A DNA stretch of 64,000 nucleotides, counting the filler, from Collodictyon triciliatum (taxonomy: Eukaryota): NCBI GenBank assembly GCA_043381765.1. It is 5 parts of 5 records of this genome, joined end to end, with 100 filler letters (N's around TTAATTAATTAA, not from the genome) between each part and the next. Parts side by side here need not be neighbours in the genome. Positions count along the whole stretch, not along the records: positions 38,615 to 51,372 come from JBHJMP010002105.1; positions 51,473 to 64,000 come from JBHJMP010002146.1; 3 more parts are not named here. One strand, written 5' to 3'. The notes under the pieces were generated by a model. That model saw nothing but the letters and a program-made list of their open reading frames with translations, did no database searches and was not told the DNA's origin. The position numbers were made by a program, and so were the translations under genes. Shown here piece by piece: positions 40,821 to 63,736 of the stretch; within the stretch, counting starts at the first letter, position 1, and each line of letters starts with the position of its first letter.

Positions 40821-41114
40821 CACCAATCGAAAAATTTTATAACCCCTTCTTGTCGAAATAAAAAAGATGAATCAGATGATTCTGATGCCTTAATAAAACA
40901 AAGTTATCACCACACTATTTTCTATAGTTTTTACAGTATATACTATTTTTCGCCAGCCGCTCTATAATTCCGTAACGTTTACACTAATCACTTTAGCGTT
41001 GTAAAAAAAACCAAACAAAAACCAAACAAAAACCAAACAAAAACCAAACAAAAACCAAACAAAAACCAAACAAAAAACCAAAGAAAACCAAAAATAAAAA
41101 AAAACTGCGGGCTT

Positions 41115-41167
41115 AAGGTTACAACATGACCTTTGAATCGAATAAAGGAAAAAAAAAAGGTTACAGC

Positions 41168-41172
<5 letters not shown>
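41115..41172 (+). mobile_element. Ultra-short insertion (CTTTGAATCGAATAAAGG-An) with 16-bp TSD
   Basis: AAGGTTACAACATGAC (41115-30) and AAGGTTACAGCATGAC (41157-72) flank the motif at 41131-41148. Confidence 0.72.
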
Positions 41173-48981
<7,809 letters not shown>

Positions 48982-49592
48982 AAACCAAAAAATCTTACCT
49001 ACTCTTGTGTGTCTGCACGAAATAAAATCATTTTTCTCTCAAAAATAAAATAATCATCGCCAGTCCCGTTCGCAGCACACGGATGGTAGTCAAGTCAGTT
49101 GCATAGGAATCACATATTGGCAAACTCAAAACAAAACAAAACAAAAATGATTGGGCCAACGAAGCAAACACTCTGCAGAGCTCGTTGGTCGCACACCGAA
49201 CGACCGAAATCGGCGATATATTACGACAAAGACCTCACAAACCTTTTTTTCCTTGGTTGGTCGCTCATTACAAACAAAAAGAATAAATTCCAAATCCATA
49301 GTGTATGGTAATAATGTTACCATTGTATATATTTTCCTTCTTTTTTTCCGCGAAAGTGAGCAAATGGACACGTCAGAACTCGCGGAAGAAAAAACGAAAC
49401 AAAATCAAGAACTCGAAAAGAGTCAGGGTCTGTGTCTGTATATAAGAGAGGGTCTGCTGAAACTAAAGAGAAGATATGTAGGCACGAACACCACGTCATA
49501 AGGAACTCTGCCACAAGGACAAGACCGACACACCCAGCAAGAAAAGACAAGACAAGGAAAGAGAAAAGAAAAAAAGAAAAGAGGAGAGTACG

Positions 49593-50940
<1,348 letters not shown>

Positions 50941-51269
50941 GCAGCTCTCTGGTCTCTGTTCTCAAGGGAACATGGAGAAAAAAACTGTATTCCTGGAGTT
51001 GATGACGTTGCTCACACTAGCTCATTTGCTTGCATTTGGCTTGAAATAAACTTGAAAATTAATAGAAAAAAATGTGAGGCTAGAGTATGACATTAACTTT
51101 CACTTTTCTTCTTGTTAGAAGGGATTATCTACACAGAGGTGTAAACGAAATGAAAGTTTTTTTAAAATATCCTCCCGTTCAGTTTGCGCCAGATAGGGAT
51201 ATTTCAGTTTTATGGACATTTTCTTCTCTTTCACTTCTCTTTCACTTCTCACTCTCTCACTCTTTCACT

Positions 51270-51372
51270 TCTCTTTCTCTCACTCTCTCACTCTCTCACT
51301 CTCTCACTCTCTCACTCTCTCACTCTCTCACTCTCTCACTCTCTCACTCTCTCACTCTCTCACTCTCTCACT
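51270..51372. repeat. (CTCTCTCA)n tandem repeat running into a gap
   Basis: Direct reading. Confidence 0.9.
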
Positions 51373-51472
51373 NNNNNNNNNNNNNNNNNNNNNNNNNNNN
51401 NNNNNNNNNNNNNNNNTTAATTAATTAANNNNNNNNNNNNNNNNNNNNNNNNNNNNNNNNNNNNNNNNNNNN

Positions 51473-51709
51473 AACGCGAGTAGGAGAAGACACTACCGTG
51501 GAGAGGCTAGCACTGGAAAGAAATCAGTGATAGCGAGCTGGTCAGGTGGGCGTCCCAACTGGTTGATTGGTTGCGTGGGTAGCAGGGGTTGGATATGCTG
51601 TGGGAGATATCTTACGACACATTCCCACATCTCTCTTCGCTTGCGGTCAGAGTAGCGAAGAATGCGAGCGTGTTTCAGCAGACTGTTCAGGAAGCTGTAT
51701 TGCACGAGG
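51473..51709 (-). mobile_element. Third fragment of the non-LTR element (3' end of ORF2)
   Basis: Reverse complement matches 2711-2863 (LLKHARILRYSDRKRRE.WECVVRYLPQHIQPLLPTQPINQL). Confidence 0.8.
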
Positions 51710-52819
51710 TTCTAATGCATATCTTAACATATTCTTGTACGTGCTAAATGAGTCTGGTAATGAATGTTTTTTTAGATAAATAATCCTTCAAAACAGAAAC
51801 CCACAAAATCTTTATACACTCAATTATTGCAACTCGATTAACAAAGATATTTATATACATTTTTTTTTTTTTTGTTGAAGATTCCAGTGACTTTTTATAT
51901 GCATATTTTTACACCAACCCCGATTGTCCTATTGTACCCAATTTCTTGTATTTAACATTTCCTATGAGTTAAGTGGAATAACAGTTTATCTAGAAGGCAG
52001 AGTTACATAAATCCAAATTGTTTTTCTAACGTTTAGACAATAAAGATTGATTCATTACAGATTCATCGACACAAATAGGTTTTGAATATCTCATGTTTTA
52101 TTTGACTAAAGACTTAAGAGCATCAAAAGGAATGAGAAAAAAAAAGATAGTTTACTCAAGAATTCAATCACACATATCCAAGGTCTTACTCTGATGCTGT
52201 TGAAAAAGAGGAAGGTTGCCGATTATTGGTGTGAAAGTAACAGAGTGCAAGCACACTTCCTTCTTTTTTTCTTTCTTTCTATTTCTGCCCTTATTCCGTT
52301 TAAATTTCCAACCAGTTGGCAATCGACGCGAAACACTCCGACTCGATTTCTGTCGTGACCCAATTCTCCGAGCTTATTCCTGTCTAAATTTCGCCAATAA
52401 CACGACGGGGCAGAATAAAAGCCTCGCGCAACCCACAACCCCCAATCAAACAAGTATAACCCGCCAGAAGAGAAGTGATCCACGAGTGACTGCAAACGTA
52501 AAAGCGGCACATAACATGGTGCTGACACTAGGGTTGTTCTTCTCTCTTTCTAGTTGTTCTTATTCATTTCCTTCTTTTTTTTCTTCTTTTTCGCCTGGGT
52601 ATCTGCCTCTGGCCCTCCAGCTCAAATCGTAATCTCGGAATTCTTTTTCCCTCTGAGAAGACCGACTATAAAGTTGGTGGGGCTTGAAAAAAAAAGGAAA
52701 AAAAAGGAAAAAAAAGGAAAAGGAAAAGGAAAAGGAAAAGGAAAAGGAAAAGGAAAAGGAAAAGGAAAAGGAAAAGGAAAAGGAAAAGGAAAAGAAAAAA
52801 AGAAAGGATAAATCATCCT

Positions 52820-55800
52820 ATGTTCAAGAATAAATTAAACAAAGAAAAGAATCATTTACCCAGACCGAGAATCTTACTGAAAACTTGCGCAAAAACTAGA
52901 GTTCACATGGAGGCAAAAGAACCCAGCTTCATCATTACATTATACCCCTTTCTTTTGGAAACCGTAAAGTCTTGCTGCCTTCACGCTTCGGACACACTCC
53001 TTGTGCACGAAACGATGGAAAATATGCGCCGCTTGCGGTATTCTTCTCTTCTTTCCCATATTCAGGAGTCAGATGTTGGTTTCAGGCTGTTAGATTGGAT
53101 CACCCACACAGAACATACAGAAGAAGAGAGAAAAACTTCGGAATATTATGTCGCTGCCTTGCAGAGGCTGAATGAGATTATAAATGCTGCTTCTTCGTCT
53201 ACCAACACTATCGAAGCCACACTTGAAGCCACAACCGATCAGTCCGAAGACCTACTCGTTGAGTGGAAAGACCCAGGTGCTACCTCTCCGACTTTGACTC
53301 TCGGCGATGAAATGGTCGTATCTGACTCTGAGAGCTGTGAGGAGAAAGAAACTACAGATAATGTTATATGGTGCACATGTCCAGCGGGACCAAACCGCAT
53401 ACCTAATCTTATAAAGGTGGCGAAGGAATTTGAACATGACTCTATCATCGTGATACTCCCATCAGACTCGGCTGTCAGATGGCTAAGTCATGTCGACAGC
53501 AAACAAGATTATGATGGCGCCTTATTTGTCTCACAAATTGACGTAAAAATGGCGATTCTAAAAAACCCACGGAACATTTTGGCCGAACTAGCAACTATGG
53601 CACACAATTCCGAACTAGTATTGAGTGCAACCTGCCGGCAAATAAAAGCACCCATCTTTATTTTGGATGACATCCATATTCCAGGACTTTACACTCGATT
53701 CATTATGAATTGGATTTTGCGAGTGACGATGAAAGTTGAGACAAAAGCCCATCTCATACTCAACTCAGACGCGGGCGGCAAACTTCTTTCATCCTATCCA
53801 CAAATTTTACCTTTTGCAACTTGCAGAAGCATAAAGCCAGAGACATGTCAACCAGCAATCAAGTTCTCTGAGTTTCAATATCACGAGATACTTACCAACA
53901 TCGAGAAAGAGGTAACTTGGTACACCATTTCTCTCTTTATATATATATAGAAAATAATCCACATGAAAATTTAAAAACAAAATTTGAATTCGTCACTATC
54001 AAAGTTGTTTATTCAACACTTATATCAATTTTCACGTTTCTTTTTCTCTGGCGAAACTCGTCTAGTTAAGCAGCATCTCCAAATCGAAAACATATGGGAA
54101 TATACTCGTCTTCTTTCCATCGATACAATCTGCAATGACAATGATGGATAGCATACATTCCATTCAATCAATGAAAGATTATACCGCCCGCTTAGTCCAT
54201 CAATCCATGACTCATAAAAAGATCGACAAGGTAACCTCCTATGTCCTTAAGAAATAAAAATATATTAGAATTATCCTATCCTAGCCTGCAATCCTTTTCA
54301 CGTTGAACTACATATATTTCAACAATAATATATGAAATTGAATAGATTATGAAAAGTTCAAAGGAAGGACGTCATATTTTTCTTTGCACTGATGCTGCCA
54401 ACGCATTGCCTTATCTACCCAATGTTACTGATATCATCAACACTGGATTTAATGCTACAGTTGAATCTGACCCCAACTCACCGGTGCGTTATATTAAATT
54501 ACATACATTAAAATCGCATGTTCTGATTCATATACGAATGTTATGATGGCGGTATATATATTGTACTTTATCTATTTGGTGCGATTAATGACGCAATATA
54601 ATTTATGCAATAGACGACATTTGATTCTATAGTGTGCTTGAGGAGAAAGGGAACACTTTTCTAAAGTAGTATAAAAAATGTTTCTCATCTCTTCTCGAAA
54701 GCACGAATGGAGACTTTTGGTCAGATAAGGAGAAGGTACCTTCCATTCGATGACGCGATACACATCATTTTTGTGACATCATCAGTAGGACTACTTGATG
54801 ACGATGTTGAACACGGTATACAAGTCTATGTTCACCCAAATACAAGAGATTTCACTCAAAACTACATTAGGAGAGCTCGCTATGGAGTTGAATCTTTCTC
54901 AAACATACAATTATCAGAATTCACTAAATACTTTGTGTCTGATATAAAATCACAAATACCATTACCAGTTATAGTTTTTCTGATCGAATGTAAAAGAAAA
55001 GGTATACTTGATATTGGGTTAGATGTAGCAACATTCTTGTGCACGCCGCGTCCTTTCTTTCAACCCCATGCCAGACCAGACGATTCTAGAGCTACTCTCG
55101 GGATACAAGGGTCTAACAAAATACTATCTCTTGGCAATCTGTTGGCACACATGAAACTCCTATTTTCCAAATTATGTGACTCTGGCTTGAAGAAACTCTG
55201 CACTGACTTGCGAGCGGACTATCTTGTTTTACAAGAAATGGTTTCCATACGAGATTCTCTCGTTAATTTCACGTTACTGTTTGATGGAGTCGAGCAAGAA
55301 ACAATCACTGAGAATCAAAGACAAAACGGAGACATCTATACTCTGACTTTGTGTATGGCAAGAGCATTACCATGGACACTGGCAACTCTTCAAGAGGATG
55401 GAGTCTTCTACAATGCTTTACTGAAAGAAGATGCACACATTCATCACATCAAGAAACATATTAGTGAAAATGTTAGACATATTTTGGTGGTGAAGACAAT
55501 TGGAAAGACTTTTCATTGCAATACCTTGATATGCCCCTTAAACATTGATAATTTAGTAATTGAATGCATTGATAAATTGAATGAAATAAAGAGTGAAGAT
55601 GTTGGGCGTTCTACAACTCAAAATCGAGCTGATGGGAAAAAAAGAAACTACAAAGATTCTCCTTGACATTGGCTCGAATTGGGAGATGGATGATATACCG
55701 ACTTACATTTTGTACCAGATAAGTTTCAGCAAAAAAATCCGATCTGAGCTTATGAGTCGATTCAATGCAACATTTTACATGTCAATATTTGATGGGAAAT

Positions 55801-58190
55801 TGAAGTTCAAAAGTCCTGTAGAAAATAAAGCAGATGTTGAACGCTACATCTCTGGAACTGTAGGTTGCTTTAAAGAAGAGTTATCAAAGGAAAGGCCGTC
55901 TATGCTCTTACAGGGCAACCACATGATGCGATTAGGCCCCGGTGGGGTGATTGATGAAGTGCATTATCATTCGCCCTCGTGTCGCATGTGGGTTAAGCTG
56001 TTGGAGATATCTGCGACATTAAAGGGGGTTTTAGATTACCTTAGTTTTCTTTGTGAATTCGAGGTAGCAATAGATGATTTCTACGAAAACTGTTGGACAG
56101 ATAAAAATCGAAATGATGATCCGCAACAAAGAGTGTGGGAGGATGTCCAGCTCAAAAACATGCAAACAATCCCTGTTAGATTAAGCGACATTCAACATTT
56201 CGGTAAACTATCAAGAAAATTAAGTCTCGTTTCTTTAAACAAAGGAAATTACAGTGAGGTGGAAGCAAAGCTTACCTCGCCAGTACGGAGAATCAAATTA
56301 CACTGTTATTTAGACCTCAATTTGTCTGGGATTAGGGCAAGTCCAGTCCATCGAAAGGTTGAGATTTATTGGGGAACTGGAAAGCCAACGGGATTATTTC
56401 TAGTAAGCTTTTCAAGATCCGCTGACAAAAGTGCCCCCTTCCATTTTTTGTCAAACTATGATACTAAAAACTTGAAGGTAAGCAGATTTTGTAGGAACGG
56501 TAAAAAAAAAACAGCCAATACTTCAGAATACATTATATCTGCGCCTTACGAAAGATCTCTACCGGAATATTTCTTGAGAGATTTGCAATTAAAATCATTT
56601 TTTAAATCTATCTATGAAATATATGTCAAAGACACAAACCTGGATGAACAGGAGCGCATCAACACACTCATTACGAAGCTGGAGCGTGATGGCGTGATAA
56701 CGAGAGATAAAATTCTCACAAAATACATATATGGACAAAATTGGTACTCTTCATTTGATTCTGATAGTGACAACATTACCCTGAGTGTGGCTGAGCTTAA
56801 CCAAAATCTAAAAGAAGGAGAACATCCTTACAAACCTGTATTTAAGTATTGCTGGAACCTCTACATCGAATCATCGTTGTATGAAAAACTAAAATTTATG
56901 CTCCATCGTAACGAATCTATACAAAGAAACCGTATAAAAATCAAAGTCCACCTAGAACACGACAGAAAAACCAAAATAATCGAGTTTTCTTCTGCTGAAT
57001 CTCACAATATTGCCAGCATACGTCTGAAAATGCTCAAAATGCTACATGGGACGACTGTCGATTTAAAGCATCCTCATTTGGTGCGATTCTACAAATCTAA
57101 AGAGGGTGCTTCTTTCATCAAAAGTTTAAATCGTAATTACACATCATGCTGTATTTTCTTTCATTCCGAAATACGTGTCATCAAGATTTATGGGTTGAAC
57201 CATCAAGCAGATATTGCTCACATTATCGAAGAGAAAAACATCACCCTGCTTCAAGGTCTCTCTGAAATCATGGTTCGTGTGGATGACCCCTTAGCTGTTT
57301 TCTTGCAAAGAAGCGAAGGGCTTTTACTAAGATCTCTTGAGTATAGTCTGGGAAGTGGGAAAATCAGATTGGTGAATATAGACGGAGGTTATGTCCTAAC
57401 TGCCTTTGAAAATGAAGAATTAAATGCTCAGCTATCGGAAAAATTATCCATATACAGCCGCAGACTCAAATCAACTCTTTGCATCGAAGAGAATGAGCGC
57501 AAACGAAGGAAAACTTGCCCAGAAGCTGAAGCACAGATTGAGAGACCTGTCTCGGAAGAAACTGGCCATGATTGCAGTATTTGCGCCAGCCCAATTGCAT
57601 ATGGAAATATTTATAAATTGGTGGGATGTGGCCATGTATTCGACCTCAGTTGTTTAGTTCTGCAACTGGAGTACAGTGCCAAGGAAGGTTTACTACCTTG
57701 TGTTTGCTGTTATGATGGATGCGACGCATTGATATCCTATTGCGATATCAAAAGAATTCTATCTCATCGCCAGCTGCAGAAACTGACTGAAAGGGCTTTG
57801 ACTAAATACGAACTCAGTACAAACTGGCCATATTTCCATTGTAAATTGCCTGACTGTAGTGGAATTCTGCATCGCTCTTTTGATAGGCCGACACAATCAT
57901 GTATGGAATGCACCTCCCAATATTGCATGGCCTGCCTAGAGATGCACTCTCTGAATGTATCATGTGAAGGTTATGCAGCAGCCAATGGAAATGATGAAGA
58001 ATTCGAAGAATGGAAAAAGGCAACAGACTCTCGAAACTGTCCTCGGTGCACATCAGTCATTCAAAAGAACCAAGGGTGTAATCATATGACCTGCCTAGTC
58101 TGCGATACACACATGTGTTGGATCTGCATGAAAACATTCCCGTCTGCCTCAGATGTCTATACCCATATATCCAAAGACCATGCACAATAA
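52820..58190 (+). CDS. DEAH11/12-like degenerate helicase fused to RBR (RING1-IBR-RING2) E3 ubiquitin ligase; frameshift near 55600
   Basis: C-terminus has CSIC...CGHVFDLSC, CKLPDC...CMEC...CMAC and CPRC...KNQGCNHMTC..CDTHMCWIC. N-terminus has helicase-like relics IFILDDIH, GNILVFFPS and HIFLCTDAA...PNVTDIINTG. Confidence 0.8.
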
Positions 58191-59371
58191 TGAACGACAC
58201 GCACAAATACCGACTTCATGGTTTTATTATATTTTTGCTCGTTTTATTCCTCTCTTTTTCTCCTTCAATTCCTTTTATTTTTTTCTCGTCTTTTGTTTCA
58301 TTCATTTTTCTTTAAAAAATAAAAAAAAATATTAACCATGAGTGAACACAATTTGAATCGAATAAATGGGGGAAAAAACTTGAATGAAAAAGAGGAACCA
58401 ATAAATCAACTCAACTACAAACAACATGGAATTACTTCAATCCAAAACTATGATTATCTTTTTTTTTTTTTTCTGTTCGTATAAGATTTTTCTGTAGTAT
58501 CGATGCTTTCCTTGTGATGCATATCTCGCGTGAGAACTGGGACTTCCCCCAGATTTTCTTGGTCACATTAATTTGTTGTGCTGCAAGGTGCTGGCTTGAG
58601 AAGAACTGAGGGCCAATCCAGCGCCTTACAAGAAAAGCGAAGCAAACGACCCGTGTTTTCTTTCGCCGCCACAGTGTCCATGCACTAACCCAATTAAAAT
58701 GCAAGATCGGGTTATTGAGCACCTTGCATATGTTTGAGGTTGTATTTCTTTTGAATAGATGATTTTCATAATTACAAATATAAATTCCAGATTTATTTGA
58801 ACGAATTTTTCGATAAAGAACAAAATAGGAATACCTATGCGGATATAGTTGTGCTATCGGTTGTCAGTACTTCTTGTCTCGTTTGACTTCGGAGGGACTT
58901 GAGCTTTGATTGATTTGCCACAAGAGAATTTCCATCCTTAATCAAACCTTCGCACCCGACCAGGCGTGAGAATCATCCGCGCGGAGATGAATCTGACCTT
59001 GGAGAAACAATCAAACAAATAGCGAAAAATCGAAGAAAAACTAAAACAAAAACAAATAATAATAAAAAGAAAAGAAAAGACATAACCTCGCTACACTTTG
59101 AATCGAATAAAGGAAAAAAAGAAAAGAAAAGAAAAGAAAAGAAAAGAAAAGGGTTGGGCCACGAGAAGGCTCCCAAAGAGATACCTCGTGCTAAGCACAA
59201 AATGATGCTGAAGCCGAGTGTGCCTGGAATGGTATCCTTCACAGGCTTTGTAAACAAATAGCAATACTGACTCGAGCATTTTCTTGCCTCCACTGGAATT
59301 AAAACGAAGCGCAAAGAGCACCGAAAGCCGACTAATACCCTATGGCTTTGTAGCTTTCGAAAAGTAAAACA

Positions 59372-60193
59372 ATGAGTCGCCTCAGCTATGTTTTCGGACG
59401 CGCCCTTCGCGAGACTGGACAAGCTCTCGACCGCCTTGGCTGCCGCATGGAGGGATCTTACGTCTTTCAGGAAAAGAGTGGGCTTCTACTTAACATATTT
59501 TTTTTTCTTGTTGTTGTTGTTGTTCTCTCTTTGGTGGCTTGACGAGTTTTTGCCCTGAGTGACTGACTATGCTTCCTTCGTCTCTGTCCGAGCGATATTG
59601 CACTCTTGATCAAATATTTCCTTGTGTTGTCTATTCACTTCTCTATAACAGCCAGAAAAAAGTAAAGAAAAGCTAACTATTGCCGCCATAGTCGACCGCA
59701 CTCGCCAGTTCATCAATCTCTTTGACAAAGTTCCACGCAAATTCCAGGACACTTTTGTGGCAAAGAATGCAACTGTTGTAGGTGATGTCTCTTTGGGCCA
59801 CCAGTCATCTGTTTGGAGCGGTGCTGTCATTCGTGGTTGGTTTCTTTTTATTATTTAACAATTGTTTTGTTACGATTGTTTTTAATAATCGCATTCCCTT
59901 TCTACCGCTTCATACATTTTTTTTTCCAAAACTGTGAATACCGTTCCCTTTCTTCATATATTACGTTTAAGAATCAAATCCAATCAGACCCATGAATAAA
60001 ATCTTCCTCTTACCGTTGTTGCTTCTCTTCATAGCTGATGTGAACCATGTCCACATTGGTGAGGGAAGCGTCATTGGAGACCGTACCATCGTCCACGTGG
60101 CCAAACATAACCCAAAAGGCGTCGATGCCCCAACAATCGTCGGTGACCGTGTTGTTGTCGGCAAGTCTCTTCCTTTGCATTTCTTTGCCCTTG

Positions 60194-60292
<99 letters not shown>

Positions 60293-60994
60293 TCTGTGGT
60301 GGCAGAGTTCTTACGCCGAAATGAGATTATGTATGATGTCAGCTTGTTCGTTTCCTTTTATTCCGTCGACTTACCAACTTTGTGTGTGGACATGTATGTG
60401 CCAACAGGAAAGGGTGTTGTTCTTCATGCTTGTCGACTTGAGAACGAAAGCCAAGTCGACGATGGTGCTATTATCTATGATGGTGCTGTTGTTGAATCAA
60501 ATGCTCGCATTGGCGCCGGCTCCATGGTCACTGCTGGGAAAGTCGTTCCTTCAGGACAGGTTCAATACCATCCCTCTTTTCTCATTCTTTCATGACTAGC
60601 AGAGGGGGACAGCTTACACAATTATAATGAAGTTTATGGAGATATATCATGACAAATACTATATTCATATGAAGATAGTTGTCTCCCATGATTTCTGTTT
60701 CTATTTGTCCTATCACCACGAATCTACATAAGTTTAATCACAGCTTTCTCTCGCCACCTATACAGTTTTGGGCCGGTGTCCCCGCCAAATATGTCCGCGA
60801 CCTGACTGAGGAGGAAAAAAAGTCCATCCCCACGATCGCACGAGTAAGTCTATGATTATGCACGGGGATACTTTGCGTGTTCGTCTTCTGTCCCCTTCTC
60901 ATCGAAATTATACTAAATGAACTCTTATTTATTCGTATTTCCGAAACAAATCCACTAGAAAACCTATGAGCTCTCCAAATCGCTCCCTCAATAA
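59372..60994 (+). CDS. Gamma carbonic anhydrase-type subunit of mitochondrial complex I
   Basis: GRALRETGQALDRLGCRM N-terminus, hexapeptide repeats (VVGDVSLG..SSVW.GAVIRADVN, TIVGDRVVVGKGVVLHAC) and WAGVPAKYVRDL. Confidence 0.92.
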
Positions 60995-61019
60995 AATGAA
61001 ATAAGAAAATAACAAAGGA

Positions 61020-61050
<31 letters not shown>

Positions 61051-61552
61051 GATGGACCGAATATTATCATCCGCACCCGGCTTACCATCTCGTGCTCACT
61101 CACAGCCGCGCCCTACATCTCACTTCAAAAGACTCTTCCTGAAACCACACAATAAAAGGAAGTTTGGCCGATAATGTCTCTGCGTTATGGGTTCCCTTCT
61201 CTTGAGTCGCCCCATGCAAGCCGCTTGCATTTGCCCATATACAATGACAGATATACAAACTGCACTTCTTTCGTCCAGCCCCAGAGGTGCAGACTCTAAG
61301 CGCTCAGCCAGCTGCCAGCTTCGACTTTTGTGTTTATGCGCTTGTTTTGTTTTTCCTTCCTTTTTCTTTTTCTTTTTTTTTTTTTTCTTCTTCATAATCT
61401 GGCTGGGTGGAGTGTGGTTATGTGGAGAGCAGAGGGCTTCATACGGAACGGGCCGCTGTTGATGACGCGGACGAGATGCATCTCCAGGGCCGTCTGCGTT
61501 CCCCGGCAGAGTCTGGGCGGGGAGCAGGGGAGACCGAGGCGGATGCGCGGCA

Positions 61553-63736
61553 TTAGAGCATCTTTTTGGAGGCGAGCAACGGGAGCATCACCACGATGAT
61601 GATGATGAGGAACAGAATCATCAGGCAGCACATTTTCTATGAGGCGGTAGGAGAGGGGTTGTGTGATGCTGGGTGTTCCTGTGAAAGCTGCTGGGCTTTG
61701 CATTTGAGGTCGTGCAAATTATGTATGTATTTGCAACTTGGTGGGAGAGGGGTGTTTTTTGTTTTTTGTTTTGTCTTCTTAATCATATTCTGGGTTGGTT
61801 TGCAGAGGTTGACCCGACAAAGAAGAGAAAAGAAAAAGATGGGAGGAATTTAAAAGAAAAGGTGGATATAGGAGAAAAGAAAACCTTTCTTGAAGATTTT
61901 TGCAGCTCGTTGGCCCGTTGCAACTCCTTCACACCTTTTGATGTGTATGCCACACTTTGACTCACACAGTGCTCGATTTGATCGAGGAGCTCGCCCTACG
62001 GTTGTTATGTTACGCCATCAATTATGCCGTAAAGTGAAAACATTCACCAAATAAAAGGACAATGAATAAAATACGAGGTGGATAGAAATAAGGAATAGGA
62101 AAAGGAAAAGGAAAAGGAAAAGGAAAAGGAAAAGGAAAAGGAAAAGGAAAAGGAAAAGGAAAAGGAAAAGGAAAAGGAAAAGGAAAAGGAAAAGGAAAAG
62201 GAAGCTGATGATAGTATATCTTACTTGAGCTTCAACCAGGATGGACATATCAACAAAGAGTTGGTGAAGTTCAGCGATGCTACTTTCTAGTTTTAGAATC
62301 TCGTTGTGTCTGTCCATCACATCGTTGTATACTTGCGAATACTTATCAGCCATTGCATCAACAAAGATTTGGGCATTGGCGCCTTCTTCGACAACACGGT
62401 CAACCTGGTCTTTAGTGATCTCCGGATTCACTGCAGACAAGTTTATTTTATATCAACAACACGAGATAGTAATCTCATAAAACTATTTTTCTCATAACCG
62501 GAAAAAAAAAAGATAATGAACAAACAGATAAATAAATAATTTAAAAGGAACACACAAAAGAAAATAATAGAATAGAATAGAATAGAATAGAATAGAATAG
62601 AAAAATAAGAATCAACTGAATTACAAATATATATCTAAGCTAACAGTATTACCGATCTTCAGTTGTCTCTCTGTTTTATCACGAATTTGGCTCTTATACT
62701 TTGATTGCTTCTCCTGGTACAGACTCATCAGTTCTATGAACTGCTTGGAAAGAGTTCCATACATGTTTTTGCGAATTCTGTCTTGCGCAGATGATTCGTC
62801 CTTCAAGATAAAAAAGAAATTAAAAATATGCGTGAAGTGTGCATCAACGCTTATTCATATATGCAGTAGTCGACAAAAAGGTTCATATATAATGTCACAT
62901 GTCTACGATGAATGATGGACACAGCCTTAACATACTTTGGCTTTTTTAATCTGAGCCTCCATCTCCTTCAGTTTGGCCTTAATGGCTACGCATTCACCGT
63001 TGGTGGCATCCATTAGGTCTTGAATTTCTTGGCTGTTTGCTATGAAGCACATAATTTTCTGAGATTCTAGAAAGAATTTGTGTGGCAAGGACCTCATGAT
63101 TGCATCAGCAGGTGCCGCTAATGCGGCCAGCCCCGCAAGAAGCTAAAGAAATTATAAAAGCCAGACATGATGCGCATAGAAAAGAAAAAATAGGGAAAAA
63201 AAGTAGGGAAAAGGAAAAGGAAAAGGAAAAGGAAAAGGAAAAGGAAAAGGAAAAGGAAAAGGAAAAGGAAAAGGAAAAGGAAAAGAAAAAGGAAAAGAAA
63301 AAGGAAAGAAAAAGGAAAATGAAAAAAAAGAATAGAGGAGGAAAATACCATCTCCTAGCCTTGTTGCGGTAACAGCTTTCTCTTGTAGTGACGTGAGCTT
63401 GTCAAGATTACGTCGCACGCTGGCCATTCGGTTTTTTATGATACCCACATCTTCAAAGAAAGTATCCATAAAGCCACCGCCACCTTCCTCTGCATTCAGC
63501 GACTGCATCTCCAGCGTGACGGAGTCTGTTTCGACACTGGTGCCAGTCTTATCCAAAATAATATACAATTATTTACTTAAAAAAAAAAAAAAGAGTTATG
63601 ATCGGGTGCATTAACAAACAAGTTGGAATAATGATACGATGAATGAACTTCCTGATTTTTTGTTCAAAAAAGAAAAGAAAAAAAAGAACGAGGAAGAGAA
63701 AAAAAATACCTTGAAGTCCGAGAAACGATCGACCAT
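61553..63736 (-). CDS. Plasma-membrane-type syntaxin (Qa-SNARE)
   Basis: [68 protein letters not shown] and C-terminal TM KKMCCLMILFLIIIIVVMLP. Confidence 0.93.
62098..62202. repeat. (GGAAAA)n microsatellite
   Basis: Direct reading; also at about 52715-52792 and 63207-63305. Confidence 0.95.

Noticed and set aside
38690-40900. Terminal inverted repeats or TSD around the Fanzor
   Set aside because: Could not identify matching ends by eye; the left flank is close to an assembly gap
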